NCBI GenBank assembly: GCA_965649765.1
Contig: OZ287748.1
Location: 43,586,001-43,650,000 of the forward strand
Length of the DNA stretch: 64,000 nt
Source: Bispira polyomma
Taxonomy: Eukaryota
Direction: 5' to 3'
Positions within the stretch are counted from its first letter, which is position 1; every line of letters starts with the position of its first letter. The position numbers and the translations under genes were made by a program. A model generated the notes under the pieces. The model was not told the DNA's origin. It saw only the letters and a program-made list of their open reading frames with translations, and did not search any database. Below are positions 1 through 15,024 of this stretch, in pieces.

Positions 1-152
1 TGTGGGATACAGCACATGTCATGTTAGGTGTAGTTGAACATGGCACCAGATTACACTTTTATCTATCATATGTCCATATATATATATATATACTATATAT
101 TACTCACTCTTTCAGCATATGTGTTCTAAATGTTTTTATTCTTTTTTTTCAG

Positions 153-2932
153 AGTCATCAATACTGAGGATGTGCTCAGGATTCAGTTATTTTTCTGCAT
201 CACTTAACCTATATAATCCAAATTTACAACATGTACATTTCTACAAAGACAGACAACGTGAATGTGAATGTATTGTAATTCCTGGCATGGGAGGACTGAC
301 AATATTAGCAGAACGACTTGTTTTAGCGCATGCCACCGCCAGTACCTATGACCATGACACACAGGAGACATTAGGATTTATTGGCTATTTTAGGCCAAAT
401 ATAACAGAATGGGAAAAGAAATATAATGCACCGACTAAGATGACAGTTGTCAATGAAGAAGTAGTGAGAGAACAAATGGTCAATGTCTCCATAACCTTCA
501 CGAAATTGGGATATTCTTCAAATGGTTCATTTCATCTTTTTTTGACAAGTAATAATCTTTGTACTTTGCGTGATAATTGTCACTAGTGTATATTTATATA
601 GTTGATTACTAGTATTATTGGATTGTTGTTTTGTGTCTTAACATACGTATGCCACATTTTAGTGTGTATGTCAGTGCTGGGATACTCCTTACATCATATC
701 AGTGTAATAATACCATTTCTCACTACGATTCATACTAGAATTAATAGAAAGTGCTATGTTTTATGTATTACCAGGTGAACACCCTTTAAACCTTACTTGC
801 TACAATATACCAACAAATGAACAACAATACACCACCATTGACAACAGTGAAACAACCCGATTAGTAACCGACAATGTTGAAGACAACACTCAAACTAGTG
901 AGTCATTCACACACACAAATACAATTTTATTTGACAATACTGTGTCAGTATCTGATAGAGAAACTACACAAACTAGTTTTAAACCACTAATATCTACAGG
1001 ATTGGTATCACTCTCTACCCAAAACTCGACACATTCAACCTTGTCAAAAGGCACATTAGGATTTTCAACAGAAGTTTCTTCAAAGATGGATTCCACTGTG
1101 AACCATGATTATAGATTTACCTCACCAAAAAGTGTGTTACATTCACCTGAAAATAACCAATCCCCTAACACATGGACAGGTATGTAACATAACATAATAC
1201 AGATAATTAATTCACAGATAAAGTCATTACGTAAACTTATTAAGAGCTAGATGTGATCTAGGTCTGCATAAACTCAGGCTTTTAAATACTATATACTAAC
1301 ATTTTATGTCAATGCATATTTAATTCCATGCAGTACTTTTATTTTTTGAATTTGTTTTGGGTTTCAGATATTATTGCAGGGGTCACTGTGGCTCTCATCA
1401 TTGTTTGTCTGATTATCACTCTGGTGATAATTTGCATCTGTAAAAGGTAAACTCGACATATTATAATGCACTACATTTTGGAGTCTATCAAGGTTGATGG
1501 CATATAAGTATATAGTTTACATATATAGTTTATAAAACATATTATACACACAAATTTACAATATTCATCCGATCAGTATATGTATCGTAAATATTGTATT
1601 ATATGTATGATGATTCATTCACAATTAAAAATATTTTATTAAACCTTATAATAAAATATTTTCTATTAATTGTCACTGACTGGAAAGTAATTTCTATTGG
1701 TAAAATATATTGTATTTATTTTATTGTTAAAGGAAGAAAAAGCGCCATAAACATAACAAACCAGAGACTGTTGAAATGATAAATGGACAAAATGCAGATA
1801 TTAATCACTTGCATCATTTTTTAAGTGAAGCCACAGCAAATGAAGATTTTGTGTCTGTACAGGTTCTTAACCACAAACCACATGCTCCTGTTACATCAGT
1901 ATCATCACAATCATTACAAACAAAACAGAATAGGAACATACAGCACTCAGATTGTGAAGAAACTGGAAACCATGGTTTCATTGAATTCGTAGAAGTAATC
2001 AGTCCAGTATTAATGAAGCTACTGGTTATACACTAAGTAAAGGGAGAGACTTGTATGATCAAGCATTACCTGTAAGTCACAACCCTAAAACATACATCAG
2101 TAATGGCTCTGGTGTGGATGAATCCACCCTTCATGAGCTAACTAATCTTGAGGAGAGTGATAACACAGATAACGTGAAGAATATGTATGATGAAGCATTA
2201 CCAGCAAGTCACAACCCAGAGGCATATAAACCATCTGTATCAAAGACAAAACCTAGTGACCCTCCATACTTTTTGTATGATGACTCACACAAGAGACCAC
2301 CAGTACAAGAAAACTCAAATACTGACAGTTGTGGTACATCTATGGAAACTGTATTTCATCCCCAGATTTTAGACTATGCACAATCTTACCTGAAAACTAA
2401 AGGGTCTTCTATTAATAGTTTAAAACCTTTAGAAGACAAAGATCAACGACCAAATCTTAGTGATTCCTCGCAGAATCTACACGCCTATTCTTACGCTGAC
2501 ACTAGAGGGCGGTTCATTGAAGGTGTTACTCCACATATCAGGGGTGAAGGGTATAATGTTGAGAAACATGTTGCACCCACCACTAAGGATATGAAATATG
2601 AACCTTTTCAGTCTCCAGCTGGAAAGGATAATTATGACCATACTGGATCAAAAGGTAACTTGGGTCCTTATTCCTACGCTAACTGTGGCATTGTTAAACC
2701 TAAACCAGGCTTCAAGAAAAATGTCAAACCGATCGAGGATCCTTCTAATGAGCATTATGAATCAATGGGTGCCATACATAAACCACAGACTATTGCACCA
2801 AAGAAAGATATATGGGCCTCAGAACCTGCAGCTGAATATGAAGGAATAACCTTTGTTCAGAATAATGCCAAAAATCCTATTATAGTAAATGGAGTAGAAC
2901 TTATTGAAAATGAAGTGTACAGTAAAGCATAG
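153..2932 (+). CDS. Receptor gene 1 (5'-partial): type-I membrane protein with CUB-like domain, S/T-rich stalk, TM and Tyr-rich cytoplasmic tail; apparent 1-nt frameshift near 1984
   Basis: Phase-compatible GT-AG exons 153-548, 775-1179, 1368-1446 (TM: DIIAGVTVALIIVCLIITLVIICICKR) and 1733-2932 (basic stop-transfer RKKKRHKH, then tail). AATAAA near 3085. Extracellular exons are homologous to those of the gene at 15025-22012. Confidence 0.8.
2051..2227 (+). repeat. Internal coding duplication in the receptor tail (LYDQALPVSHNPKTY / MYDEALPASHNPEAY)
   Basis: About 45-bp similar units starting at 2051 and 2183 (132-bp period). Confidence 0.85.
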
Positions 2933-4284
2933 AGTGTTTATCAGGATTGCTTTTGACAAAGGGTTTCTTACTAGTAGAGCTTTTAATTTTCTGACTGTAA
3001 ATACATGTATATTATATTAATACAGGTATATTATCTGAAAGTTGTGTAAAATGGGCCCCAGAAAACAACAATCGTATATTTGTAAATAAATATCAGTAAA
3101 CAGCATTAAAGTAGAGAGCTTCACTATTAACCACTAACATTCATAGTCAAGTGGTAAATACAATAGAATATTTCAAAGTGTCTTTCATGTTTATGTAACA
3201 GTTTGTGGTAAGTATTAAATAAGGAAGACAATGAGTAATATTTAAAAGACAAGATCAATCAAGTACTTTAAAGATGAACCCAAAGTTTGGTCATTGTTAC
3301 ATGTACTTGTATCAAGTGCTGAAATTTGAAGAACATATAAATATATTATGTTCAAGATGGCCTCCAATATTTTAAAAATTGGGAATTGTTAACCCATATT
3401 ACACCCTTTCTACCCTAATGGGCCCAAAAATGTCTCAAAATAACAATTTAATACTGTTTACGATATGTTTACCATTTTGTGAAAATGTTGACATTTGGTG
3501 ATGTGACCATAACAGATTTTTCTCCCTGCTAGGAACTTCCATATCAAGTTGGATGATTCTAGCTCTTTTTCTTAAGTCACCATGGTGGCCATCTTGTTTT
3601 CAGATTTTGTGGATTAAGTTCTATGATGTATTGTATGGCACAAACAGACTGAACTGGACAGTGCAGTTATATATCCTCAGCCCGGTCATTTGGCTATTAG
3701 TGCTAAAGTTAATATTTGTTGATAATCACCAAATACACACTTTAAAATCTTCAACAAGCTAAGACATATTTAAACCCTTTGAGTTGAAACTTTGAAAAAT
3801 TTAATTTACCTTGGTTTGTACATAGTTAGTTTCGGTACATTCATCAAATGATGTACAGGCGACAGAATAAAGTGTAATAATATGGCATTCAGAAGTTATG
3901 TAAATCACATACTGTACAATACTTTTGAAATTTTGACATAGTAATTGAAATAATATTCTTATTAGATGCATTAAAATTAAAAGTTTATGCTTGAGAAAAC
4001 CGCACATATGTTTATTTTAAATGTTATAATTATGTATTTATAAATTCTAGATTATGAAGTTACCTAAATATGTTGTTAAGGAATATTAATTCGGCTGTGT
4101 TATGATTATAAAAACTATTAGTTAATATTCATAATACTCTTTTTTGGTTCATTGTCTTTCACATTCCACAATAATCTGCATGAAAATATATAAATAGTAG
4201 TCATTTAAAAAAAATAAATATGCACATTATGCTTTTCATTGAACCTTGAACACAAAGAATACAAAAAGATGACTAATTTTAATG

Positions 4285-6900
4285 TTAAATAGTGTAAGGC
4301 ACGTTATTGTTAAATGCCAGAGTGGCCCCGGATCTACGAAAAGTGTGAAAACTGTTAATTGTGTGATCAATGCCAATATGTTGTAAAATGTTTTTGAGAA
4401 CTGCTCTAATGTGTGAATCTATAATGGGTAGGTGTGGTGGACATACAGTAACAAATAGGGAAGAATGTTCTGGAATTTGTTTTGATTTCAGAAGTAATCT
4501 CAGTGCTGTGACTGGGCATAAGAGAGGTATGTCAATTTTTAGAAGCTGAACCACATGTGAAGAGGACCTGTCTTGCATATTCTTGGCCCACTTGAGAATT
4601 ATATGTGCTCCAGGTGGGCCAAATATAACGTCCTGTCTGAGCAAGTGCCTGGTTGGGTCAAACTTGTTTCTGGAAAGTGGTGCTATATTTGACGTACGGA
4701 AAAAACCATAAAATGCCACTAGAAAGATGGTGCGGGACAGCTGAGGGTCTGAAGAAATGTTACAGAATTGTGATATTTTTAGTACATACAGTACGATTGC
4801 ATATGGAGTTGTAACTCACCTTTACATTGTTGTTGTCATATGTATTTTTACATACATGTGTTTTTGCTTTGTGCAATTTTACATTATCCTGTTTCACAAT
4901 TTCATCTATTATATTACAAATAAACTCAGTCCCGTTTGTAATCAAAGAAGGTATTTTTTGCCTCGAGTTTGTCCAGTACTGAATAAGTATTCACACTGTT
5001 AATTCTATGAAGTGACAGTTCCAACGTGTGATTGCCAATAACCCTTATAGGAAAACCTTCAATGTTGCTGATATGGTTGTATGTGTAAGTCTGAGTATTA
5101 CCATTAAAAGATATATAACAGAAACCTGAAATGTCTTGAAAATTAGGAAATTGTAAATACACCACTAGTTATTCCTGTTTTTCACTTGTCACATGATAAT
5201 TACAGTCAATTACAGCTAATTCACAAGTAGTAACCACCACTTCGTGATAAACCACATCACGAGCTCTACCCTTAACAGCAAGTTTGTTTGCCTGCCAGTA
5301 ATGATGCACATGGCCGTTATTAGAAGTCTGATTTTTGGTGTCATTATGCACCCATGCACTGTCATTTGAGGTGTCAGTGTCAAAATCTGCACAATCATCA
5401 TTGCTCTTGTGGTTATTGCAGTGATTATCATCAACAAACATGTTGCACTCATTGTTAACATTACAATTATTGCTGACAGTTTTCACACTGTCCCCTGAAA
5501 TATGTACATTATTAGGACATTTATGTTTTAAACTTTCCAGTTCCTGGTTAACATCTTCATTTGACAAGTTACATTTTTCTACAACCTCAGTTATATTTTT
5601 GACGTTAAATGTGTTCAGATCTTTTAAAATTGTTACATCACCACTACTATTACATATACTACTCTCTCTGATTGTTCAGTATATTGGTCAAACCTCGAAT
5701 TCCTAGCTAGTAGTCGGCTTGGCATCAGTTGCTCGTTTACTGTTAGCTTTGAAACACTTGAATTCAGGGTGACTGCTATGTTTATGTAATACACGATGGC
5801 AATGATTGCAAATGTGCCTGTACTGGCTATGATCACTGTCTTAATAGCAAGTACCGTTGTTGTAGTTTTTGCAGACGGTTTTAGGCTTCTGTGACTGCTG
5901 AGTTACATGTGAATTGGCGAGCACTAGCTGGGATGTACTGAGCCTGTTCAAGGCCCATTGCGTGGAATTGTCCCATTTCAGCCATCCCTCCATCACCTCC
6001 TACATCTTCACGGCCCATGCTGATCTAAAGGCTGGCCAGGGGAGGGAGGTGGCGTCTCTCAGGAAGTATATAACCTGATTCAGCATCTGACACTTGGGCA
6101 ATATTATTTTATTTGGCCAGCAGACCATTGGCGAGCGATAACTTATATTGGGGTCACTTTTGTGCCGTTCTGCTAATACAACATTCATTGGCCCACCGAG
6201 ATTGTGGATCTGCGCTGCAAATGTTAGTTGTGTTAAACCTGCCAGATTTCTGACGCATGAATGTCTGCAACAAATCCTGTCTCAGCTGTACGTCATAGGC
6301 AGCCAGTCTCTGGTTAATTACAGACATCAAGTCTTGAATCGTCCTTAACACGTCGGATCGCGGAATGATAGCATCCCGCTTATAATCTGTATGCGTTGCA
6401 ACCGGGTAGATGCCGGGCATCTGTTGCTAGAGCACTGGCTGTGGTTGAAAGGCAGCCGTACGTGGCGGAACGTAGATACCCAGGTCCAGAACCTTGTCGT
6501 TTCTGGTGGGTTGATGGGGTGAGTTTAGTGGTGTAGAATTACGTGAACCCCTCGTCTTAACTTCGTCTAGACTTTTAGTGATAGATGCATTGGCGGATTC
6601 TAGTTTCCGAAGAATACTCATAACTTCAAACATATCAGCTGATCTGCTTGTGGATTCCAGTTCAGATAATGGTACATTCAGATTTTGTACCACCGGGTCT
6701 GTTGTAGGCTTCATTGTAGCTCCCCTGCGAGTTGCTGAGGTCTTCTTTTTCAAAGGCACACTACTGGGCGTCTTGGTTTGCTTAGTTCTTCCCATCGTTC
6801 CAGGGCACATTTTGACCAAGCGAATTTGCAGTTGACCACACATATTAACAAGTCTTCCTCCTAAGAGATCACGCCATTCCTTGCTATGCTAACGAGGATA
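4285..6900 (-). mobile_element. Ngaro/PAT-like YR retrotransposon remnant A (gag + YR fragment; RT/RH deleted)
   Basis: YR fragment 4285-4719 (FFRTSNIAP...KWAKN...CPV...HTFRRSGAT). Gag fragments 6000-6843 (MGRTKQTKT; KSGRFN; LRDATSLPW) homologous to the other copies. Boundaries approximate. Confidence 0.85.
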
Positions 6901-9900
6901 TAGACAAAGTTGCAGACACAAGCTGCCTCAATATCCTGCCTTACTAAAGTTACATATAAATTGTATAAGAATAACCCAGGTTCATCTGCCAAGTTTTTTT
7001 AGTGATTTTATTTTAATGTAAATAGCAGTTTTGGACTAAATAGGTTGTCCAAAATCGCAACAAATAATCAACTGTTATGTATATAAAGCAGACAAACTGA
7101 ACATATTGTTTTATAACAAATTAAAAACAGTTTACATAACAATCCTAAATGGTAATGACAAAAAAGTTCTTTTACCTAACAGTCTGACGCCTCATAACCT
7201 GTACCTCTAAAGTTTCATCCTGGGGCCATTTATGCTGTAAAGACTAGAAAGAATCCCTGCTTGTGTGGCTCGTTCTAGATCTGATGAAGACAACAGTGAG
7301 TGACCAGCCATCTTCTTACAAATACATAGTTCCCCCCGCTATTGGAAAAGAAAATAATGTTACAATGTCAATAAACAGAAAAAGCAGTAAACTTAAAAAT
7401 CAGCACAAAACTGTATAATACTGGGGCTGGCAGTTAACACATACACAACATTTTTGCACCCATTTGAAAGGCCAACTGGATGAAGTGGCTCTACATCACT
7501 GCCACATTTGCCTATGCAGTTGTATTGAATTTACATCAGTCAACTTCACAATCTGCTTTGCAGCAAGATTTGGGAAATCAATGGGGCTAGCCATAGCAAA
7601 CCATCAACTGTCAATTCTATGATTGTTTGAGTTTCCTAATGTTCAGTTAGCCAGAGTAGAAATGAAAATGTCCACTAACTTCACTACATTAGCGTAACCT
7701 AGCAACACCTTACATGAAAGCACTATTTTAGATCTGCGGACATACATTAGCAAAATTTCGATTTAAAAAAAAAACTTTTATGTCTTGTTCAGTAATCCGT
7801 CAACTAGCTGAGTACGAGGCCCTGGATCTGCCTAACCTTTATCAAGGCAAAGCAAATGTGAGACAAAAGTCAAGCTTATTTAATAACACTGAGATCACTA
7901 CTGTCAGTCTTAATGAGGACTGGGTTGGTGACCCCACATGTAAAGATCCAACTTTTGATGACTTAATAATACCACAATAGATTGCAGGGAAACTGGGCAA
8001 TGCTTTTCAAAGCAGAAAAATGCAGTATAAGTTTTAATACAATACAAAAGCAGTCACATAAATAGTGGTTTAGATGACTACTTAAAATTGCATTGCCATT
8101 GGAATATATTCCTAGTGGTAGACTAGAGAGCCTTGAATAAATTTATATATGTTTATCCTCAAGCATTTCTCTACAATTAGACAACTAGTTGGCTGTACTT
8201 AAACAGTCAAGAAAGGGTTAATATCCTTTTTCATCCCATATAAATGTAGATCAATTCAGTACAAGTTCGAATACAATACAAAATGAATACTAAATGTTAA
8301 CAATCATGTAATGGAATCATATTTGCTTAAAAACCTCTTACCAAAAAAGAATAATTGCTGTAAATTACAGCACAGAAATAGAAATTTCTATTATTGGTAT
8401 ACTCAAGTACAATATTCAATCGTGCACCCATTCAGGCCTCCCAATGAGTGAATAGAGAATCTTTGTCATCAGTATACCTTAAAACAAGTAAAATTGTATG
8501 GAAATGTGACACGTTTTAAGTAATAAAATATAATGATCTATTCTAATACCAGGCTGTCCTGAGTTTCAGGGGTACGGTTTTCCCATGATGTTCTGAGCAT
8601 GCAAAATTAAAGTACTGTGTGATATGTTATATATTAGTACAATGTGATACTAAACTCACTCACGTATACATTCACAAGTTAAAGAGAAACAAACATTTCT
8701 TATAAAATTTATATTACAATCTTGTAGTTTTTATTGCTTCTAAGTTGCACCAGTCTTTTTTCTCCTTTTTAGGAGTAGGAGTCTTTCTTAGGCTAATAAT
8801 ATGTTCTAGAAGGATTTCTCCACACTCCTGGGAAATTTAACCTGTGAAAGTATAATACATTTTTACAATTAATTTGTGTTCTTTTATAGTAAAAATTTAG
8901 TTGGCATCACATACATTATTAGATAAAAACTAAGTGGCATTACATTATGTAAACACCCAACTCAACTAAAACAACATTCTTGAATGAAAATTAAAATTAA
9001 ATCAAGAATGCTTCTTCAAATTTTTATTTTATTAAATGATAGATAAACGCTACCACTACATTATTTTCTAATATTAGTCAATGATGTTGTGACTGTTTAA
9101 TGGCAACGCATACCACTTGGTTTTTTGGTGTAAATATATGTAAATGTGTTATTTATGTAAGTTCAAGTATAGAATTTCTCTTTAATATAAAGTAAATATA
9201 TTGAGTTCCAAATTCAACAATACTGTATCAATGAACATTTTCACTAGGGATTAAAACCGGCCATGTTTGCCAATGAAGTTGAACGACTTCAATTCTACAC
9301 TGAAATTCTTGTAAATTGCTGATTCTGGCTACAATTTCCACTTGTGTATTTAACCACTTTCATCAGTATACAAATAGAATCACTTGGTTGGTGTACCCAC
9401 ATAATAGAAAACACACACGTTTTTCCATTTGGAGGACCTGTCACTTGGTTTTATACTTCAGTAAACAGGGAGATTTTTTATATATGTTTCTACACAAAAG
9501 GTTTTCACATTTCTTTCAGCACATTTCTTTCAGCACAGAATGGAGTACTTAATCACATGTAAGACTGCTCCTTGGGAGAAACCACTTCCGGTCATATACA
9601 TTTAAACTCAGAAACCAAACACATCTGGCTTCTTTATTAAAAAATATAATGTCAACAGCCAATTATGTGACTATTTGAAATGTGAACGACTACCAGCTGG
9701 TCTTCTGTCAATCTAGCAAACCATAGAAACTCATTTAGCATTAACTAAATCAAAAGATAATGTTATCACTGGGGCAAATAACAATTGGCAAGATCGGGGT
9801 GACATCACACCAAAAGAATGAAATGTATGAAAATTATTAAAAGGACATTGAATGTGCCACAGAGCATGGATGTAATCACACAAATTACATCACAAAAATC

Positions 9901-11518
9901 ATTGCCAAATATATAGAATCAGATGAGGCTGATATGCAGCACAACAGTATTAACAACTTGAATGATAATGTATTAGATATTAACAATGTGATCAATGCTA
10001 ATGTGATTGTTCAACACAAGGTAATCTCAGCGTCGTACAACTTTTCCAACAACTTTTTAGAAATTTCCACTGATAATAAGTTTAGTAGAAAGAAAAAGGG
10101 CTTAGACATTAACTTACCCAATAAGGATAAAGGAATATCGTGTTGTCAGACACCAGTTTCACATTGAAGGACCAGACAGAGAACCCTTTTTTATTTTATA
10201 CCACAGCTAGTAAACATTATTCACTCAACTAGAGTTCCTAACTATAGAGGGGCACGAATTCCACTTAATTCTGGTCTTTATAGAAAATCAGAAAAACATT
10301 TAAAGAACCACCCTCATAAATTACCAGCTGCAATATATAAAATTTGGGTTTCTACTATCTTTTACCAATCCTAATTCTTTAAAGATAAAAGAAGCTACTA
10401 ACCATCAGTCTGCCCTTCAACACAAAGTAGCAGTTGGTGAGTATCTGGGGAAAAAACGTGCCAATGGGGCCATGTTGGGTCAAATTAATACTGTAGATAC
10501 TGAGCTTTACCACTGCTCCCCTCTCTTGACTCGACCAAAAGACACAAAATACGTTGTGTAATCCTAAACTTATTATACCCACAAGGCCCTTCCCTTAATG
10601 ACAACGACAACAAACAGTAATTCGACGGGACTGAGTTTACTGATTTACTGAGGAAATACAGGTTACACCGGAAGCTAAAATTATGAAACTGGACGTGGTA
10701 AGAGCATTTAGGAATTTACATGTCTATCTGGTTGATCCTATCAAATTAGGGATTGGTATTGAAGGTGGAAAATAGGAGTATTCTCTGGTTGCGTTCGACT
10801 AGATCCACGGCTCGGCAGAATTTCAGAGATGATTGGATATGATTGCTTATGTCACGAACAAAAACAATCATAAGATATTTTGTTACATCGATGATTACGT
10901 TTGCGTATCTAGCAAAGACACCATCAGTACGACATTAGATGAATTGCAGGAACTAGTACTAGGCCTTCCTACTAATCCGGATAAACTTTCACATCCTTAT
11001 ACTAAAGTAGCTTGCTTAAGAATAGACAGCAAGGTACCGTCAGTATTACACAACAAAAAAATTAAAGAAACTTATCAATTGTGCAAGAAAGTTTATGACA
11101 AACAATGGATTTCTAGAGGACAATTTCAATCTATCATTGAAAGGTATTATGCATACACAAATGCATTAGGCCAGCCAGGGTCTTCATTAACAGATTCCTG
11201 ATGGCTTTTTGAGGCAACGCACAAGCGTAACGTTTCAAAATCACCAGAGATATGAGAGCAGACATAGGCTGGTTTATCAAATTTCTAACAAATTACAACA
11301 GTGTCAATTATATTTCCCCAATAGTTGGCCTTAACAATGTAGTCTAGATAGTTGCCTTCTTTTGAAGATGCCTAGCATCAATAAAGTGCGTTAAAAAAAT
11401 CATAATATTAAAAAAATAATAAAAAAATTATCCACTGTTCACATAGAAATACTTAACATTGTGATAGCACTAAAACTATGGGGGAAGCAATGGTCTCATA
11501 ATATGATAATGCTGCTTT

Positions 11519-12010
11519 TTGATAATGGGTGTAACGATAGACTCCTTCAAGAAGGCTATTGTTACACCCATTATCAAAAAGCAGACACTCTCAAAAAATT
11601 ATTCAAAAAATTATATACCAGTCTCCAGCCTCTCATTTATGTCTCAACTTGTCGAAAGGGTAGTTGCTGCTCAAGTTACAAATCATATCAACATAAATAA
11701 GCTCAAGCTTAATCCTTCTAAGATAGAGTTTATGGTGTTTGGAGTGGCAGCCATGCGAAAGAGGTTAGAACCTCTACTCCCAACCCACATACTTGGCAAG
11801 AGGTTTGAGGCGGCTGAATCAGTGCGGAACCTGGGTGTCATATTCGACTGTGATTTCTCTTTCAAAAAGTAGGTCATGTTTTGTTAGACTTTGAGACCTA
11901 CGGAGATTAGACAGTACCTACCAAGGACGGTGGCCATTTCAGCAGCAAACGCAATTGTCAGTAGCAGACTGGACTACTGTAATTCACTATATTGTGGTTT
12001 ATCCAAATGC
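11519..12010 (+). mobile_element. L2/CR1-group LINE RT fragments inserted in element B
   Basis: FKKAIVTPIIKK..NYIPVSSLSFMS; LKLNPSKIEFM; VRNLGVIFD; SRLDYCNSL. Confidence 0.8.
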
Positions 12011-12359
12011 TTTCTGATGCCGACCCTTTTTTTCCACAGACTTACGATATTGCCTCTACCCCTTATGTTTTATCGCGACAAAGAATTTGATATACATCAA
12101 AAATTAAGTGCACAAAAAGTTTGTATATAATATTAATAATAATACAATGAAGATTTTTTGCAACAACATGGCAGTCGTTTTAGTGGTTGGCTCTACCAAA
12201 ACCAGAAATGGTTTTAAGGCATTTATGCGTTAGAAAAATATGGCTGTTATAAGAAACATATAACATTAAGTTAGAAATTGAACACCTTAAGGGTAAAAAA
12301 AATGGTATAGCAGATACACCATCAAAAATTTACTATTAGTACAGTATAGAATATTGCAT

Positions 12360-12910
12360 TGTATAATTGGCACAAGGAGTTTACTGTTTAAAATGTCCAT
12401 TACCGAATCAGATATTTGTAGACTGTGCAATACTGACTGTGAAACAATATTACACTTATTTGTCTTTTGTCAACCAATGCAACAACTATGGAGTGATTTA
12501 AAGCAGTGGTTGAAAAACTACCGAGGTTAATTTTGATCCAAGGCAAATTATATTAGGTACCATTAGCAATGATAGAAATAAATTCCTTCCAATCAACCTT
12601 ATTATAATAGCAACTAAACATTATATTTTCTCATGTGCTATAAACCAAAAAAAATTGAACTTTCATACCCTAAAAAATTATATTGAACATATCTACCAAA
12701 ACGAATATTATGTAAATAAAGAAAGGGGAAGGGAACATACATTTCAAGAAATTTGGTTAAATATGAAGACGCTCTTTAATGTAAATATATAGATGTATTT
12801 TTGTGATTGATAGTATTGGTATGTGTTTGAGTGTATTTCCCTATTTATTCTTGTTTTCCTAGTAAACTATTGTTTTGACTATTATGTATTTAGAATTTAC
12901 TCTGATCAAC
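12360..12910 (+). mobile_element. L1/Tx1-like LINE 3' fragment inserted in element B
   Basis: Degenerate C-terminal zinc region (C..CNT..ETI.HLF..C) and 'INLIIIATKHYIFSCA', similar to 43147-43458. Boundaries approximate. Confidence 0.6.
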
Positions 12911-13870
12911 ACTCAATTAGGGAACAAACATTGCTAGTGCAAAGAAAGTTTGTGTGGCACCAAATTCCAATGCACTTCTTTGAATTTGGTATTCATTTAT
13001 AATTTCAGGTTTTACTATAATCACTCAAGCTTTAATGGAATCAGCCTGGGCAAGACTCAACACAGCTCTAAGGCCAAAGACTTTCTCCACATATAATAAC
13101 CAATTTAAGACATTTTTGGCTTTCAGTTGTTTTGCTGGTATTCAAATCATCAATACACATATGATCATTGCATTTTTGGAACACTTAGTTTAAAACGGCA
13201 CATAACCTGGTACAATTAATAATTACATGTCATCGCTTAAATTCATGGACAGGAGGTATTCTTGGGACATGACTATCTTTGAAAATAATATAGTAGCTAT
13301 GATTCTCAGGTTTTTAACACACAACTAACAATTTAGACCACAACCTAGAGGTAACTTTAAAATTCAACATTTGGTCCTTATTTTAAAATCCTGTGATATT
13401 CTGGCTGATCCAATTCTCTATAGAGCTATTTTTCTATTATCAGTCTTCGGGTTTTTGAGAATTTCAAATATTCCACCCCACTCAAGGGCCCAGTTTGATC
13501 CTACAAGTTATTTATTAAGAAAGGATATAATTTTTGCCCACCAGGGGCACATGTCATAATAAGATGGGCCAAAAACGTACAAACAAGCAGTGAGGTCCAC
13601 ATCATACAGGTCATACAGTTACAGAACATGGACTTATGCCAAGTTAAGGCTTTACAGCAGCTATTACATTCCAGGCCAATACCTGATACTTACCTTCTGT
13701 TTGCTGCCTGTACTCCTCCTTAATTTTTAGTGATAGACACACATCTGCGTTCTGCACTTTCATCAGGACTGGTACCCTCTGGAATCGCACAACTCTCATA
13801 GTTTTTTTACATTCAGAAGATCAGGAGCAACTTTCGCATTTAACAATAATGTGTCCCCCCAGAATATCAT

Positions 13871-13899
13871 CGCTAGGCGATTCGGTGCCATAGGACTCG
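13871..13899 (+). ncRNA. Remnant (3' half) of the conserved Ngaro 3' structured RNA motif
   Basis: GCTAGGCGATTCGGTGCCATAGGAC on the sense strand of element B. It matches the motifs at 35859-35991, 36074-36204 and 50558-50684. Confidence 0.6.
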
Positions 13900-15024
13900 A
13901 CCTACCGCACCGGCCCGATAATAGGTATACTTGTAAGCAATCTCCTAAATGTTGAAACGATTCACTAAATGGTAGTAACTGACCTTGGAGTATTCTCAGT
14001 ACTTGGACACTGGCCAAGTACATGGCTGAGTAATCTCAGAATTAAAGTAGTATAATACAACAACAAAGGTTGAATACTGTCCACACTGGATATGAATGTT
14101 GACAGAAAGTTATGTTTTAATATGGGCGAATCGTTTTGTTGGATTTCTGAAAGCATTGTACATGGCTTTGTACTTTTCTCTAGAAGATAGAATTAATGCA
14201 ACTAAAAAATTTTTAGTGAAGGGGTGTTGACTTTTTACACTGCTTTTTATAGTAACTTTTATGGCTAGTCCTAAGTTTTTACTTAATAATACGATTTGAA
14301 AATGCACTTGTTTTGTATGTTTATATGAGCTGTTATGGGTGTTTTAAAATTATATAAAAATTTTAAAATTTACTTTGTTAACCCTCTTTACACTGTATAC
14401 TATGTCCTAACCTGTAAAAATAAATTCTCAAACCTATAGTATTACTACATCTTTCACACTTCACACACAAGAACATCACCTCACACTACTTTCTTATGCT
14501 TGATTCATATTTGGAACTGTTCATGAAATGGCAATGCTTGGTCATACCTGGACTTTGGTTGTTTTTTCACACAGCGATTTTCAAAACCAAAATTTGGGCT
14601 GATCTTACAATACTAGTAATTTGACCATTTACCAGATAGTTCTTGTATTGTTACAGTATACCTTCCTGTAAGTTTTTAACCAAAAGTGTTAGAGACAAAG
14701 AAACATGTTTTTCTACATGTGAGTCATTGAGATTTTGAACATTCACCAGTAAACTACACTTTTAGTAGATAATGCATTGAAAAAGATCTCTTGTGAAAAT
14801 GTGAATCATTTATGTTGTTAAATGAACCATATTAAGATATCATGGATGAACAGGATCTTTAGAACTTGGACATACATGTCCCAAACTTCTCTCTTTGCTT
14901 CATGAAAGTAACTTATACATAGGTGATACACTATTTACTGCAATGTCATTTTACACACATATCTAAAACTTGTATAATGACAAAAGTAGCAATACATATT
15001 TTATTCATATGTGTGTATTTACAG

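Larger units (their letters stand above)
7780..14480 (+). mobile_element. Ngaro/PAT-like YR retrotransposon remnant B (gag fragment, RT, RNase H, YR, 3' repeat) with nested LINE fragments
   Basis: Gag piece 7780-7980 (QGKANVRQKS..PTFDDL). RT 10150-11200 (CYIDDY). RH 11461-11510 resuming near 12150. YR 13009-13870 (FGFLRISNIPP). AT-rich 3' repeat near 14338-14480. The 8000-9650 interval is unassigned. Confidence 0.8.

Noticed and set aside
7281-7310. CTGATGA as a possible hammerhead ribozyme core
   Set aside because: No stem II followed by GAAA, and no flanking helices.
8700-9600. Minus-strand coding-looking fragments
   Set aside because: Interrupted by stops and no recognisable family.
14863-14907. 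Small upstream exon or start codon for receptor gene 2
   Set aside because: Phase-compatible but not signal-peptide-like, and nearby ATG frames close early. It cannot be supported without transcripts.
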